Source of the DNA: Candidatus Cryptobacteroides sp.
Lineage (GTDB): Bacteria; Bacteroidota; Bacteroidia; Bacteroidales; UBA932
Assembly (NCBI GenBank): GCA_045635205.1
Contig: JAZRBS010000025.1
Coordinates: forward strand, 3,279 to 67,278
Direction: 5' to 3'
Length of the DNA stretch: 64,000 nt
Of this stretch, positions 12,659-23,317 are shown one piece after another; position 1 is the first letter of the stretch, and every line of letters begins with the position of its first letter. The translations under genes were made by a program, and so were the position numbers. The notes below the pieces were generated by a model that saw only the letters and a list, made by a program, of their open reading frames with translations, searched no databases and was not told the DNA's origin.

Positions 12659-12720
12659 CAAATATAGTAAGAAACAACAAAACTCCTAATAAATTTAGGA
12701 GTTTTACTAAATATTTTAGG
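12659..12720 (-). promoter_or_regulatory. blaI promoter with two tandem palindromic operator candidates
   Basis: TATATTTG on the minus strand at 12659-12666; perfect AAAACTCCTAA-N5-TTAGGAGTTTT at 12679-12705; second site ACTAAATATTTTAGG at 12706-12720. Confidence 0.75.
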
Positions 12721-12732
12721 AGATAAGAATAG

Positions 12733-13584
12733 TTATTCAATCACCAGTCCGTCGTAAGCGGGGAGTATGCCTTCCGGAAGTTCGGAGGCCAGTTCGTTGT
12801 ATGTAGGAAGTTGGTGTGAAAGGTGGGTAAGCCAGGAGTGTTTTGCTCCGACACGCTGAGCCACCGCTACTGCTTCTTCCAGGGAATAGTGCGAGATGTG
12901 CTTGCCGTATTTTACGCAGTTGATGACAAAATGATCCAATCCTTTTAGTTTTGCAAATTCCTCTTCAGGGATGAAGTTCATATCTGTGCAATACGCAATA
13001 TTTCCGAAACGGTAGCCGAGAACGGGGAGCTTATAGTGCATTCCGCGGATGGGAATGACCGTGGCCTTTCTGACAGGATCGTTTTCTCCGGCCATAGTGT
13101 GGATATATCCCTTTCCAGGTTCCCAGGACAGCACTTCGTACGGGCCGCCACACAAAAGTGTGAAAGGATTTTCATCTATATTATGCACGTGCCATTCCGG
13201 TGCTCCGGGATACTTCTTTTCTGCGAATGCGTATGAATATTCCAGCCTGAGAGAGTCTTCAACATATTTCTCGCAATATATCTCAGAAGCCCTCTTTTCC
13301 AGGTAGTTGAATGCTCTGATGTCGTCAAGGCCTCCGGTATGATCCTTATGATTATGAGTAAGGAGGATGGCATCCAGATGGGAAATGCCTGCCCTGAGCA
13401 TCTGCTGTCTGAAATCCGGGCCGGCATCTATCAGTATCTGCATACCTTCATATTCTACGAAAGCACTGGCTCTGAGCCTCTTGTCACGAGGATCCCTGCT
13501 GCGGCATACATCGCAGCCGCAGCCTATCATCGGAACTCCTTGCGATGTGCCTGTCCCAAGAAATGTCAGTCTGGCCTTACTCAT
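12733..13584 (-). CDS. MBL-fold metallo-hydrolase (PhnP-like)
   Basis: FLGTGTSQGVP, C..C zinc site, IDAGPDFRQQ, THNHKDHTGGLDD, THLSH and AYDGL. Confidence 0.9.
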   Translation of the reverse strand: MSKARLTFLGTGTSQGVPMIGCGCDVCRSRDPRDKRLRASAFVEYEGMQILIDAGPDFRQQMLRAGISHLDAILLTHNHKDHTGGLDDIRAFNYLEKRASEIYCEKYVEDSLRLEYSYAFAEKKYPGAPEWHVHNIDENPFTLLCGGPYEVLSWEPGKGYIHTMAGENDPVRKATVIPIRGMHYKLPVLGYRFGNIAYCTDMNFIPEEEFAKLKGLDHFVINCVKYGKHISHYSLEEAVAVAQRVGAKHSWLTHLSHQLPTYNELASELPEGILPAYDGLVIE

Positions 13585-14834
13585 ATTGTGATATCGACTA
13601 TCTTTCCGATCATTTCCGGGTCGTATGGACGTGATACCCTGATATAGTTACCTGTGTATCCTTCCATCATACCTTTTCTATCGGTACTTTCGAACAGAAC
13701 CTTCTCTGCAACTCCTTTGTTGGCATCAATGAACTCTTGATGGAGTTCCGCACAAATGGACTCCAGCATCTGTACTCGCTTGGTCTTGACGCAATCCTGC
13801 ACCTGATCCTTCCTTATTGCTGCAGGAGTGCCGGAGCGGCGGGAATATGGGAAGATATGTATGAAGGCTGGACGCACGGTGTCTTTCAGGAAATTGTAGG
13901 TCTCCATAAACAATTCGTCAGTCTCTCCCGGGAATCCGACAATCACATCGATGCCGAAAAATACCTTCGGTCCTCCAGGCACTTCTGTCTTTTCCCTGAT
14001 ATATTGTATCTTCCGTGCAAATGCTGCAGTGTCATATCGTCTGCCCATCTCTCTGAGAATAGTATCGCATCCCGACTGGAGAGGAATGTGATAGTGCGGA
14101 AGGAATTTCGTCCCGGATGTGATCCAGTCGATCATTTCTTCGGTCAGAAGATTAGGCTCGATAGATGAAATCCTGTAGCGCTCTATTCCTTCTACATCGT
14201 TCAGGGCTTTGATGAGATCAAAGAATGTCTCGTTCGTCGATTTCCCGAAATCTCCAGTATTCACTCCGGTAAGCACAATTTCTTTGATGCCCTCGGCTGC
14301 AATGGCTTCCGCTTGTGGAATAATGCTGGATATCGGTATGTTGCGACTTTCTCCCCGGGCGTATGGAACGGTGCAGTAGTGGCATTTGTAGTCACATCCG
14401 TCCTGCACCTTCAGGAATGAACGGGTTCTTTCACCGCTGGAATATGCCGGGAAGAATGTGGCTTCCCCGTGTCCGCAGCATCCTTCACCTCGTACTTTGG
14501 CCCGGATAGTAGGGATGATCCTGCTCTTTTCTGTGGCTCCGAACACTGCTGTCACTCCTTCTATTGCTTCTATCTCGGTCTTCTTGAGTTGGGCATAGCA
14601 TCCTGTCACAAATATCATTGCGTCCGGATTCTGCCTGTGAAGTTTCCTTATGATGTTGCGGCTTTTCTTGTCGGAATGCTCTGTCACTGTGCAGGTATTC
14701 ACAAGAAAAACATCTGCACCTTTGCTCCACGGCACAGCCTCGAATCCTTCTTTCAGAAGTTCCCTTTCGTATGTCGAGGTCTCAGCATAATTCAACTTAC
14801 ACCCCAACGTGATAAACGCTATCCTTACTTTCAT
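13581..14834 (-). CDS. mtaB: tRNA t6A37 methylthiotransferase
   Basis: TLGCKLNYAET, NTCTVT, TGCYAQL, KVQDGCDYKCHYC and RISSIEP. Start overlaps the folB stop (ATGA). Confidence 0.93.
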   Translation of the reverse strand: MKVRIAFITLGCKLNYAETSTYERELLKEGFEAVPWSKGADVFLVNTCTVTEHSDKKSRNIIRKLHRQNPDAMIFVTGCYAQLKKTEIEAIEGVTAVFGATEKSRIIPTIRAKVRGEGCCGHGEATFFPAYSSGERTRSFLKVQDGCDYKCHYCTVPYARGESRNIPISSIIPQAEAIAAEGIKEIVLTGVNTGDFGKSTNETFFDLIKALNDVEGIERYRISSIEPNLLTEEMIDWITSGTKFLPHYHIPLQSGCDTILREMGRRYDTAAFARKIQYIREKTEVPGGPKVFFGIDVIVGFPGETDELFMETYNFLKDTVRPAFIHIFPYSRRSGTPAAIRKDQVQDCVKTKRVQMLESICAELHQEFIDANKGVAEKVLFESTDRKGMMEGYTGNYIRVSRPYDPEMIGKIVDITI

Positions 14835-15193
14835 TTGTGAAACAATGTTACTCTTGACCACTGAGTCACCCCATCCACAGGCGGTCTTTTCTTCGATACC
14901 CTGACAGAAAACCTCACTAATTGAGGAAAGCGGTTTTCTATTGCCTTGACGATGCGTCCGGCCACATTCTCCAAAAGTTCGGATGGAACGGACATTTCGT
15001 CTGATACTATCTCATATATTTCTCCGTAATTGAGTGTGTCATTCAGATCGTCGCTTTCTGCAGCAGCCGAAAGATCCAGTTCACCGCGGAAATCCACAGT
15101 GAAAACATTGCCTCTTACCTTTTCCTGCTCCAGACAGCCGTGATAAGCCTTGAACTCCATTCCCTCGAGTTCAATTACACCGATGTTTTCCAT
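14831..15193 (-). CDS. folB: Dihydroneopterin aldolase
   Basis: FKAYHGCLEQE, SDDLNDTLNY and SELLENVA. Confidence 0.95.
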   Translation of the reverse strand: MENIGVIELEGMEFKAYHGCLEQEKVRGNVFTVDFRGELDLSAAAESDDLNDTLNYGEIYEIVSDEMSVPSELLENVAGRIVKAIENRFPQLVRFSVRVSKKRPPVDGVTQWSRVTLFHK

Positions 15194-15194
15194 A

Positions 15195-15908
15195 TTATGC
15201 TAAAATCAAAAATACGCAAGGCCTCTTGCCTATAGTGAGTCCTTCCTTCTTCCACTCGCTGACCCGTTTCGTCTTGATATATGCATCAGGCATCGTTATG
15301 TTTGCAGCAACGCATATTCTGGTGGATGCTCCGCATACTGACAGGATATCGGCAAACAGAGAGTCGTTCCTGTATGGGGTCTCTATAAGTATCTGGGTCT
15401 GTTTCAATTGTCCGGATATCTTCTCAAGAGTCCTGAGCCTGCTGCGTCTTTCTTCTGTCTTAGCCGGAATATATCCGCAGAACGCGAATGACTGGCCATT
15501 CAGTCCGGATGCCATAAGCGCCATCATAAGAGAGGAAGGCCCCACTGCAGGAACTACTTCTATTCCATTTCTGTGAGCAAGTGATACGAGTTGGGCTCCT
15601 GGATCCGCAACGGCCGGGAGTCCTGCTTCAGAAATCAGAGCCACATCGTTCCCATTGTCGAACAGAGTGATATAACTTTCCACTGCTGCCTGATCGGTAT
15701 GTTCGTTAAGTTCGTGGAACTCAAGCCCTTCTATACGACCTTTCAAGCCTGCTTTCGAAAGATATCTTCTTGCAGTCCTTACTTCTTCTACAACAAATGT
15801 CCTGAAATGTTGTAATGATTCCAAAACCGGACCAGGTATTACCTCGGCCGGATCGTTCTCTCCCAGTGGCGACGGGATGAGATAAAGTTTGCCTTTCTTA
15901 TCTGTCAT
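15195..15908 (-). CDS. Tetrapyrrole-methylase-family SAM methyltransferase (RsmI-like)
   Basis: GKLYLIPSPLG, SEAGLPAVADPG, VGPSS, GQSFAFCGY and IETPYRN. MTDKK start chosen. Confidence 0.88.
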   Translation of the reverse strand: MTDKKGKLYLIPSPLGENDPAEVIPGPVLESLQHFRTFVVEEVRTARRYLSKAGLKGRIEGLEFHELNEHTDQAAVESYITLFDNGNDVALISEAGLPAVADPGAQLVSLAHRNGIEVVPAVGPSSLMMALMASGLNGQSFAFCGYIPAKTEERRSRLRTLEKISGQLKQTQILIETPYRNDSLFADILSVCGASTRICVAANITMPDAYIKTKRVSEWKKEGLTIGKRPCVFLILA

Positions 15909-18900
15909 CTTTCTTCCTGTCTGTCTTTTTCTTGTCTTCTTCGGTAATACTGAATTCAATCTTCTCACCGTTCAGCATTTCCTGCTGTTCTGCTAGTCTG
16001 GCTTCCTGTCTCTTCTGCTTTCCGGCAAATACATTCCTGAAGAATTGCCTGAAACTGTTGAACTCTGTCTGGTATGTGAGGCCGACACCGTTTCTCTGGG
16101 AATTGTCCAGATAGTTGGAATATTGGTCAGCCGAATGTGAGAAGATATTCAGACGGAATGCTCCCGACCGGTTCAGTTTGATCTCTATGTCCAGGTCTCC
16201 GACCACATCGTTCTGCGTGCCCCCTCCTTCATATTGTTTATTGCCAATGTTGCCGTTTACCACCACTCTGTTGTTGAATAATTGAGTCGATACGGCCACA
16301 TCAAATATGTCCGTGCCTTGTTCGGTAGGCTGGTATTTGAGACCTAGGTCAAGCGGAATATCCAGTTTGTGCAGTATATTGCTGAGTTGGTTGGCCATAG
16401 CCTCAGTGACATTGGAGTAGAACAATGATGAGTTGTTCACAATGCCGGACTGTTCATCCGGGAGGAAACTGTTGGAAAGAAGGAGGGAGAGGAATTGTTT
16501 CTGTACCTTGTCTTCCGTACTCAATGCACTTTCAACGCGGGATTTGATCATCGGATTCAGATCCGGAACTTCAATGAAGAATTGCAGTCTCGGGTTGATT
16601 AGTTTGTCCGTTATCCTTATTCCGCATTCCACATTTCTCCTGTTTGCTACGGACGATTCGTCTGACAGAAGGGAGGATAGCGAGGCTTTTGTATTGTAAA
16701 TCGCCTCGATGTCAAGCGTACTCTGCATTATATCTCCACTGAAAATGATCGAACTTCCGTTCTGTATGTCAAATACCCTGTTCACGAGTCCGAGTGCGGA
16801 GAAATTGTACTTTCCGCCAGTCAGAGTGTAGTCTCCGTTTATGTTGAAAAGATCCTCTCCGATTTCGAGTTCGATCAGGCCGTTGCCTTGGCCGCTGAGA
16901 ACGTTTCCGCTTGCCTTGTCTATCTCAACAAAGGCTTCGACATTAGGGGATGCCTCTATTCTCAGTTTCACCAGCAGGTCGCTTTGGCCTGTGTGCTCCC
17001 TGTCCATACGTGCCATCATTGCTAAGTATGGATCGACATATACTTCTCTGGATGGTTCCTTGAATTTGAGAAGGTCTGTCGCACCGTTGGACGTAGCGGT
17101 TCCGCTCATAGGGATGTGGAACTGACCGCTCTTGGCTGTCACAGCATCCACTGCAAGTGTCAGCGAATTGATAGGGCCTGTAATGGATACATTTCCAGTG
17201 CCATATACATTGCCATAGAAATCGCTGCTCATCGTTTCATCAAGGTCAATGCCCTCTATGTCTCTTACCTTTATCCTTGTGTCGAATGTTATATCCCTGA
17301 ACTGCGACCAGTTGATGCTTCCCTCCACGGTACCAGTGCCGTTATATCTGTCCCTGATGCTGATTTTATCGAAATATACACCTGTATCGTCAAGATGGAA
17401 GGCACCGTCGGCATAGTATGGAACATTCGTGAATCCGACTCTCAGTACAGCATCATCAAGCCTTGTTCCGTTACTGCTTATTTCCATCATATTGATTGGG
17501 CCTTCAGCGTTGATCTGTCCTGAGATATATCCACTCATTCCGCTGAATACATCAGTAAGGAAAGGTTCAGCGTATTTTATGTTGAGACTGTCCAACCTGA
17601 TACCCGCATCAATTATTCTGGTCTTTGGAGTATATCTGGCAAAGGCATCAAGATTCTTTTTACCGTTATTGATATTTCTTGCCGAGATGTTGAACCTTTC
17701 AAATTCTTCGTCCCACGTACTGCCTATGGTAACCGTTCCCAAAGGCTCGCCGGCTATGAATGTGGAATCGCAAAGGATATCTGCAAGAAGTCCTTTGGAA
17801 TGTATCGGAGAGGTTATTTCCACATTGCCTGTAGCAATTCCTCTAAGGCCAAGTTGCTGCCCTACAATCGGGGCTATGGCAGCCAGGTTGAATCTGTCAA
17901 GCCCGAATGTCAATGTGTCTGTCTGATACTGCGATGTCTTTCCGTATGCATATAATCTCTGATCCCCGTTCACTGCTTCGAGTGAGTCGATGATGATGTC
18001 TTTGCCCCTTACCCTTAAGTTTGATGGAAGGATGTTCCACTCTTCAGAGTTGAAATACAGGGTCGATGGCAACAGGGAAATGCCTACATTAAGGATGTCA
18101 TCTTCTCTGGCGAGGTCGGCGTTGATTACCAGTTCGCCTCTGTTTTCCATATCACTGTGGTTGTCGTATGAATAACTGAGTCCGATATGGTTGTCGTCAG
18201 CGAGGAACTTGAGATGATTGTCATTAAGAGCAAATCCGGCGAGTTCCGCTTCCGATGAGGAGATTTCTCCCTTGAAGGTGCTCTCATTGTTGTCGAATTC
18301 GGCTTTGAGATATTGGAAGTTGTTGGCTTTCAATGCGATTCTCTGAGAGTTGAGCGATGTGGAGAGGTTACCTTCGTCGTCAATTCCCAGATGCACCTGA
18401 GTCCCGTTATGGATATATGCTCCAGGCATTATGAATGCAAGGAGAGTCCTGCTGTCGTGTGTGTTGATGTCAACATTATAACTGTTCCCGTCCCAACTGC
18501 TGCCCGGATTTGAAAACAAAGCAGGAATTTCCCGCTTGGCAGTCAGTGATATCAGATCCTTTGCAAACTTTGTCACAGGTGCGGTTCCGGTGAAACTTGC
18601 ATCTGCAAACTGCGACCTGAACCTCATCTTGTAAACATCGTCGCTGCTTAGTGAAGTGAGATTCATATTGCCTATGTTCATAGTGCTGTCCCTGTTTGTG
18701 ACAGTAAGGTCAGCGACATCGATGTCACCGAGAATGTTTCCGTTTCCGGTCTTTCTGAAGTTGGCATTAGTCCTGAAGTGGAGCCTGGACTTTCCTCTTT
18801 TATCGATATTAAGGGCATTGAGGTCGGCGTATGAGACATTTGCATAGAACTGATACCTGGCATTGTTGGTTTTTGCCGATAGAGCGAATCCGCCTTGCAG

Positions 18901-20499
18901 GATGGCGTTGAGATTCGGGTCGCTGGCTATGATGGTACCGTTGAACATATTGTCCGACAATGATCCCACAGCCATAATGTTCTGATAATCATACCTATTG
19001 AAATTCAGCCTGTCTATCTTGAGAGAATCGATCTTTACAGATGCCGGTTTGTCAAGGCTGGCCTTGAGGGTGGTGCTCATTGTGAGGGGACCCAATATGT
19101 CTGACCCTAAGGTTCTTCCTATGTCGAAATCGTCTGTGCGTGCCTTTCCTCTGATACTGAGTGGCTTGTTCTCGGATATGATACCGGATATGTTCAGGTC
19201 GGCAGCAATGTTTCCGATGAAGGAGTTGATGCCGGCATTGATGTCAAGGTCGTCCAGTTTACCTTCTGCTGATGCTTCTGCCATAAAGATGATTCCCTTT
19301 GCGAATCTGCTGAAATCAGCCTCACCTTCACTCATCCATCCGCTTATGAAGCGTCCGAGCCCTTCAGTGGTGAAGTTCAAACCTGTCACTCTGGCATCGA
19401 TGCTCGTGTTCTCAATATCCGGAATGCCTTTCATATTACCGCTGACTCTTCCGGAGAATCCTCCCGGATAAGTTGCGATATTCAGGCTCATTATATCGAA
19501 GTCATCGACGTATCCCGAAAGTTTTCCGGAAATCCGTGCTTTGAGATTGTTTCCCTTGAGTTGTGGAGCAAAATATGCCAATGTCTTGAAATCAAGGAAG
19601 CTGTCATCTATGATACCGTCTATCTTCACACGGCTGATGAAGTCAGAAAAAGCCTTGACATTCTCATAACTCATCATATATAGCGGCATATATAATTCGG
19701 ACCAAGGGTCGTCCAGCGTCAAATGCTCTACGATGGTCTTGCCTCTGCCGACTCGGGCGCTTCCACTCATAAATTCGGTGCGGTATCCGCTTTTCTCCCG
19801 GAACGAAAGATGCTCTGCTGTTCCGGACATAATCCCGGCCTTGAATTGCAGTTCATTTGCTGTAATGTTTATGTCCTTGACATCGAGATCATCCCAGTTT
19901 ATACCTCCGTAGTAAGGGATTTTGAGGGCTCCGTAATTTTTCATCGTAAAGCCCATATTTCTGATCTGTACGTCCTTGATGTGGAATATTTCCTTTTCGC
20001 TGCGCTTTGGTGTCTCCGGCTTCTTGAGCCTGAATATTCTTGAAAGATTGTCTGTGGAAGTGTCTCCGTCACCGGCATCCGGTTTATCTTCCAGTACGAG
20101 GTTCATCTGTGCATTTGTGATGACTGCCTCGTCCAGATGGATGCCTTGTTGTCTGACTAATCCTTCAAATGTGAATTCTGCAGTGATGTATTCAGCACGG
20201 AAGAATGTGTCAACCCGTACTTTGGATGAATCGGAAGCATCGAAAGAGGGATTTCTGTCAATGATCGTTACATTCTTTAAAAGCAGAGTCTTGAAAGGTC
20301 TGAAATGTATCTTTTCGAAAGATATGTCGGCATCCAGCCGTTCGTTGAGTCTATCGACGACTTTCCCTACTATGAACGTCTGGGTCTGCGGCAACTGAAT
20401 GATCAGTGCCGCGGCCAACAGGACAGCCGCGATCGCTACGATGGTAAGCCAGAATATTTTCAGAGCCTTTTTGATAATTGTTGCTATTTGATGGTCCAA
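15898..20499 (-). CDS. tamB: Translocation and assembly module TamB-like protein
   Basis: 1533 aa with an N-terminal TM and PQTQT, a beta-rich body and C-terminal QFLSLLL...LFNNRVVVNGN...GVGLTYQTEF. Divergent from tsaD. Confidence 0.85.
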   Translation of the reverse strand: MDHQIATIIKKALKIFWLTIVAIAAVLLAAALIIQLPQTQTFIVGKVVDRLNERLDADISFEKIHFRPFKTLLLKNVTIIDRNPSFDASDSSKVRVDTFFRAEYITAEFTFEGLVRQQGIHLDEAVITNAQMNLVLEDKPDAGDGDTSTDNLSRIFRLKKPETPKRSEKEIFHIKDVQIRNMGFTMKNYGALKIPYYGGINWDDLDVKDINITANELQFKAGIMSGTAEHLSFREKSGYRTEFMSGSARVGRGKTIVEHLTLDDPWSELYMPLYMMSYENVKAFSDFISRVKIDGIIDDSFLDFKTLAYFAPQLKGNNLKARISGKLSGYVDDFDIMSLNIATYPGGFSGRVSGNMKGIPDIENTSIDARVTGLNFTTEGLGRFISGWMSEGEADFSRFAKGIIFMAEASAEGKLDDLDINAGINSFIGNIAADLNISGIISENKPLSIRGKARTDDFDIGRTLGSDILGPLTMSTTLKASLDKPASVKIDSLKIDRLNFNRYDYQNIMAVGSLSDNMFNGTIIASDPNLNAILQGGFALSAKTNNARYQFYANVSYADLNALNIDKRGKSRLHFRTNANFRKTGNGNILGDIDVADLTVTNRDSTMNIGNMNLTSLSSDDVYKMRFRSQFADASFTGTAPVTKFAKDLISLTAKREIPALFSNPGSSWDGNSYNVDINTHDSRTLLAFIMPGAYIHNGTQVHLGIDDEGNLSTSLNSQRIALKANNFQYLKAEFDNNESTFKGEISSSEAELAGFALNDNHLKFLADDNHIGLSYSYDNHSDMENRGELVINADLAREDDILNVGISLLPSTLYFNSEEWNILPSNLRVRGKDIIIDSLEAVNGDQRLYAYGKTSQYQTDTLTFGLDRFNLAAIAPIVGQQLGLRGIATGNVEITSPIHSKGLLADILCDSTFIAGEPLGTVTIGSTWDEEFERFNISARNINNGKKNLDAFARYTPKTRIIDAGIRLDSLNIKYAEPFLTDVFSGMSGYISGQINAEGPINMMEISSNGTRLDDAVLRVGFTNVPYYADGAFHLDDTGVYFDKISIRDRYNGTGTVEGSINWSQFRDITFDTRIKVRDIEGIDLDETMSSDFYGNVYGTGNVSITGPINSLTLAVDAVTAKSGQFHIPMSGTATSNGATDLLKFKEPSREVYVDPYLAMMARMDREHTGQSDLLVKLRIEASPNVEAFVEIDKASGNVLSGQGNGLIELEIGEDLFNINGDYTLTGGKYNFSALGLVNRVFDIQNGSSIIFSGDIMQSTLDIEAIYNTKASLSSLLSDESSVANRRNVECGIRITDKLINPRLQFFIEVPDLNPMIKSRVESALSTEDKVQKQFLSLLLSNSFLPDEQSGIVNNSSLFYSNVTEAMANQLSNILHKLDIPLDLGLKYQPTEQGTDIFDVAVSTQLFNNRVVVNGNIGNKQYEGGGTQNDVVGDLDIEIKLNRSGAFRLNIFSHSADQYSNYLDNSQRNGVGLTYQTEFNSFRQFFRNVFAGKQKRQEARLAEQQEMLNGEKIEFSITEEDKKKTDRKKDDR

Positions 20500-20629
20500 C
20501 TTGCAAAATTAATAAAAAATATCGGATAAAATCCGTATTTTTGCCATCGGAAAGATAGCATATAGTGTGCCTTGCTTTCCGTCCCTGCGTTTGTTCGCGG
20601 TGGATACAGGATTGTGAAAATGTAATTGT

Positions 20630-21652
20630 ATGGCAGATATAATATTAGGAATAGAATCTTCCTGCGATGATACTTCCGCAGCCGTCATCAAAGACGGATA
20701 TCTTTTGTCGAATGTTCTGGCCAGCCAGGATGTCCATAAGGCGTACGGAGGTGTCATTCCCGAACTTGCTTCCAGAGCGCATCAATTGAATATAGTACCG
20801 GTGGTGAGTGAAGCGATATCCCGTGCCGGTATCAAGGCGGAAGAGATAACCGCCATCGCGTTTACAAGAGGGCCAGGACTTCTCGGGTCGCTTCTTGTGG
20901 GCACTTCGTTTGCCAAGGGATTGTCTTTGGCATTGGATAAACCTTTGGTGGAAGTCAATCATCTTCAAGGACATATACTTGCCAATTTCATCAAGCAGTA
21001 TGATGCTGACAATCGTCATCCGGAGTTTCCATACCTGTGCCTTCTCGTCTCGGGAGGTAACTCGCAGATCGTGCGCGTAAACAGTCCTCTTGAATATGAG
21101 ATACTTGGGCAGACCATCGATGATGCGGTAGGTGAGGCCTTCGATAAGTGCTCGAAGATGATGGGTCTGGGTTATCCGGGAGGCCCTATCGTTGACAGAC
21201 TTGCCAAAGAAGGCGATCCGTTGAAGTATAAATTTTCAAAGCCGCACATCCCGGGCTGTGATTACAGTTTCAGCGGTATCAAGACCTCTCTTCTTTATTT
21301 TGTCCGTGACCAGATCGCTATCGATCCTGATTTTATGGAGAAGAACAAGGCAGATATATGTGCTAGTTTCCAGAAGGCTCTGATTGATATTCTTATGGAT
21401 AAACTGATCAAGGCTGCAAAACATACCGGTATCAAGCAGATAACCATTGGAGGAGGCGTGTCGGCAAACAGCGGTCTGCGTGCAAGAATCGAGGAAGAAG
21501 GACGCAAGAGGGGATGGACTACATTTCTTCCAGAGTTCAAATTCACCACAGACAATGCTGCTATGATAGCAATCGCCGGTTGGTTCCACTATATGAACGG
21601 TGAACGTGCATCGCTTGATGTGGCTCCAGTCAGCCGTCTGGCAGAATTCTGA
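20630..21652 (+). CDS. tsaD: tRNA N6-adenosine threonylcarbamoyltransferase
   Basis: LGIESSCDDT, YGGVIPELASRAH, VNHLQGH, DDAVGEAFDK, GGVSAN and TDNAAMI. Confidence 0.97.
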   Translation: MADIILGIESSCDDTSAAVIKDGYLLSNVLASQDVHKAYGGVIPELASRAHQLNIVPVVSEAISRAGIKAEEITAIAFTRGPGLLGSLLVGTSFAKGLSLALDKPLVEVNHLQGHILANFIKQYDADNRHPEFPYLCLLVSGGNSQIVRVNSPLEYEILGQTIDDAVGEAFDKCSKMMGLGYPGGPIVDRLAKEGDPLKYKFSKPHIPGCDYSFSGIKTSLLYFVRDQIAIDPDFMEKNKADICASFQKALIDILMDKLIKAAKHTGIKQITIGGGVSANSGLRARIEEEGRKRGWTTFLPEFKFTTDNAAMIAIAGWFHYMNGERASLDVAPVSRLAEF

Positions 21653-21699
21653 AACCTTTCTGTTGTCCGTCCCTGTAGGAGACCTGAATAAGAATCATT

Positions 21700-23235
21700 A
21701 TGAAAGAAATCGAAGTAACTTCCAAATTAGGTAAAGAACTTACATCTGATGAGATACAGACAGCAGCCGTAAAGGCTCTTGGCGTGTCTCCAAAGATGAA
21801 GCAGCAGATAAAATATCGTATAATGCGTCGTTCCATAGATGCCAGGAACGATATACTATATCGCTACAGGATAGAGGTTTACAAGCCCGACGAGGTTATG
21901 GCTGAGTATGTCCTTGATGAGTATAAGGATGTCTCCGGTTCTGAACCTGTAGTAGTGATCGGTGCGGGACCTGCTGGTATGTTCGCGTCACTGAGACTGC
22001 TGATGAACGGCTTCAGACCAGTTGTCCTGGAAAGGGGCAAGGATGTTCATCAGAGGAAATTCGATATGGCAAAACTTTCTCGTGAAGGTGTTGTGAATCC
22101 TGACTCCAACTATTGTTTCGGAGAAGGAGGAGCAGGTACATTCTCTGATGGAAAATTATATACGCGGTCTTCCAAAAGAGGAGATATCAGAGAGGTGCTT
22201 CATCAACTGGTGAGGTTCGGAGCGGATCCTTCCATATTGATTGATGCCCACCCTCATATCGGTAGCGACAGGCTTCCTCTTGTGGTTGAGAACATTCGCA
22301 AATGCATAGTGGAACACGGAGGTGAATATCACTTTGATTCGCGTGTGACTGATATAACAAAGAAAGGAGACGGTACATTTGATGTGACGGTGGCGGACGG
22401 TCAGATTTATTCTTCACGTAAGGTCATACTTGCGACAGGTCACTCCGCACGCGATATTTATGAAATGTTCGACAGGAAAGGATGGGAAATACAATCCAAG
22501 GGATTCGCCCTCGGTGTGCGTGTGGAGCATCCTCAGTCTTTGATCAACAAGATACAGTATCACGGTAAGTATCAGCCTTTTATGCCTACTGCTGAATACT
22601 CCTTCGTGACTCAGATCGAAGGTAGGGGAGTATTCTCGTTCTGTATGTGTCCCGGAGGTATTCTTGTGCCGGCTGCCACTGCGGAAGGAGAACTTGTCCT
22701 TAACGGTATGTCCAATTCCCAGCGAAACTCCAAATGGGCGAATTCAGGTGTGGTCGTCCAGATAGAACCGGAGGACTTCCCCGAATATGCAAAGTATGGG
22801 CCTCTGGCATTGCTCCAGTTCCAGAAGGACGTGGAAAGGAAAATGTTCGAATATACAGGTTCACTCAAGGCTCCGGCACAGAGGATGATGGACTTCTGCA
22901 GACGTATCCCTTCTACGGGACTCCCTCAGACATCATATCATCCAGGTGCGGCAAATGCCCCTCTTCACGAACTTCTACCCGAGCACGTTTCATTGAGGCT
23001 TAAATATGCCTTTCCTGAGATCGGTAACAAGAAGATGCACGGTTATTATACCAATGATGCTCTTCTTCTTGGAGTAGAGTCCCGCACTTCCTCACCGGTG
23101 CGCATACCTCGTGATCCTGAGACTCTGGAGCATATTCAGGTGCCGGGGCTTTATCCTTGTGGCGAGGGAGCCGGGTATGCCGGTGGAATCGTGTCGTCGG
23201 CTCTTGATGGAATCAACTGTGCTGCCAGGATTTAG
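21700..23235 (+). CDS. NAD(P)/FAD-dependent oxidoreductase (uncharacterised family)
   Basis: IGAGPAG, FGEGGAGTFSDGKL, FCMCPGG, ESRTSSPVRIPR and GEGAGYAGGIVS. Confidence 0.9.
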   Translation: MKEIEVTSKLGKELTSDEIQTAAVKALGVSPKMKQQIKYRIMRRSIDARNDILYRYRIEVYKPDEVMAEYVLDEYKDVSGSEPVVVIGAGPAGMFASLRLLMNGFRPVVLERGKDVHQRKFDMAKLSREGVVNPDSNYCFGEGGAGTFSDGKLYTRSSKRGDIREVLHQLVRFGADPSILIDAHPHIGSDRLPLVVENIRKCIVEHGGEYHFDSRVTDITKKGDGTFDVTVADGQIYSSRKVILATGHSARDIYEMFDRKGWEIQSKGFALGVRVEHPQSLINKIQYHGKYQPFMPTAEYSFVTQIEGRGVFSFCMCPGGILVPAATAEGELVLNGMSNSQRNSKWANSGVVVQIEPEDFPEYAKYGPLALLQFQKDVERKMFEYTGSLKAPAQRMMDFCRRIPSTGLPQTSYHPGAANAPLHELLPEHVSLRLKYAFPEIGNKKMHGYYTNDALLLGVESRTSSPVRIPRDPETLEHIQVPGLYPCGEGAGYAGGIVSSALDGINCAARI

Positions 23236-23317
23236 TACAGAGCCTAATCTACTGATAGTGAGCGCCTTATGGATGTTACGTGCCTCACTATGGGGAGCAC
23301 GCAGATGAGTTAATTGG

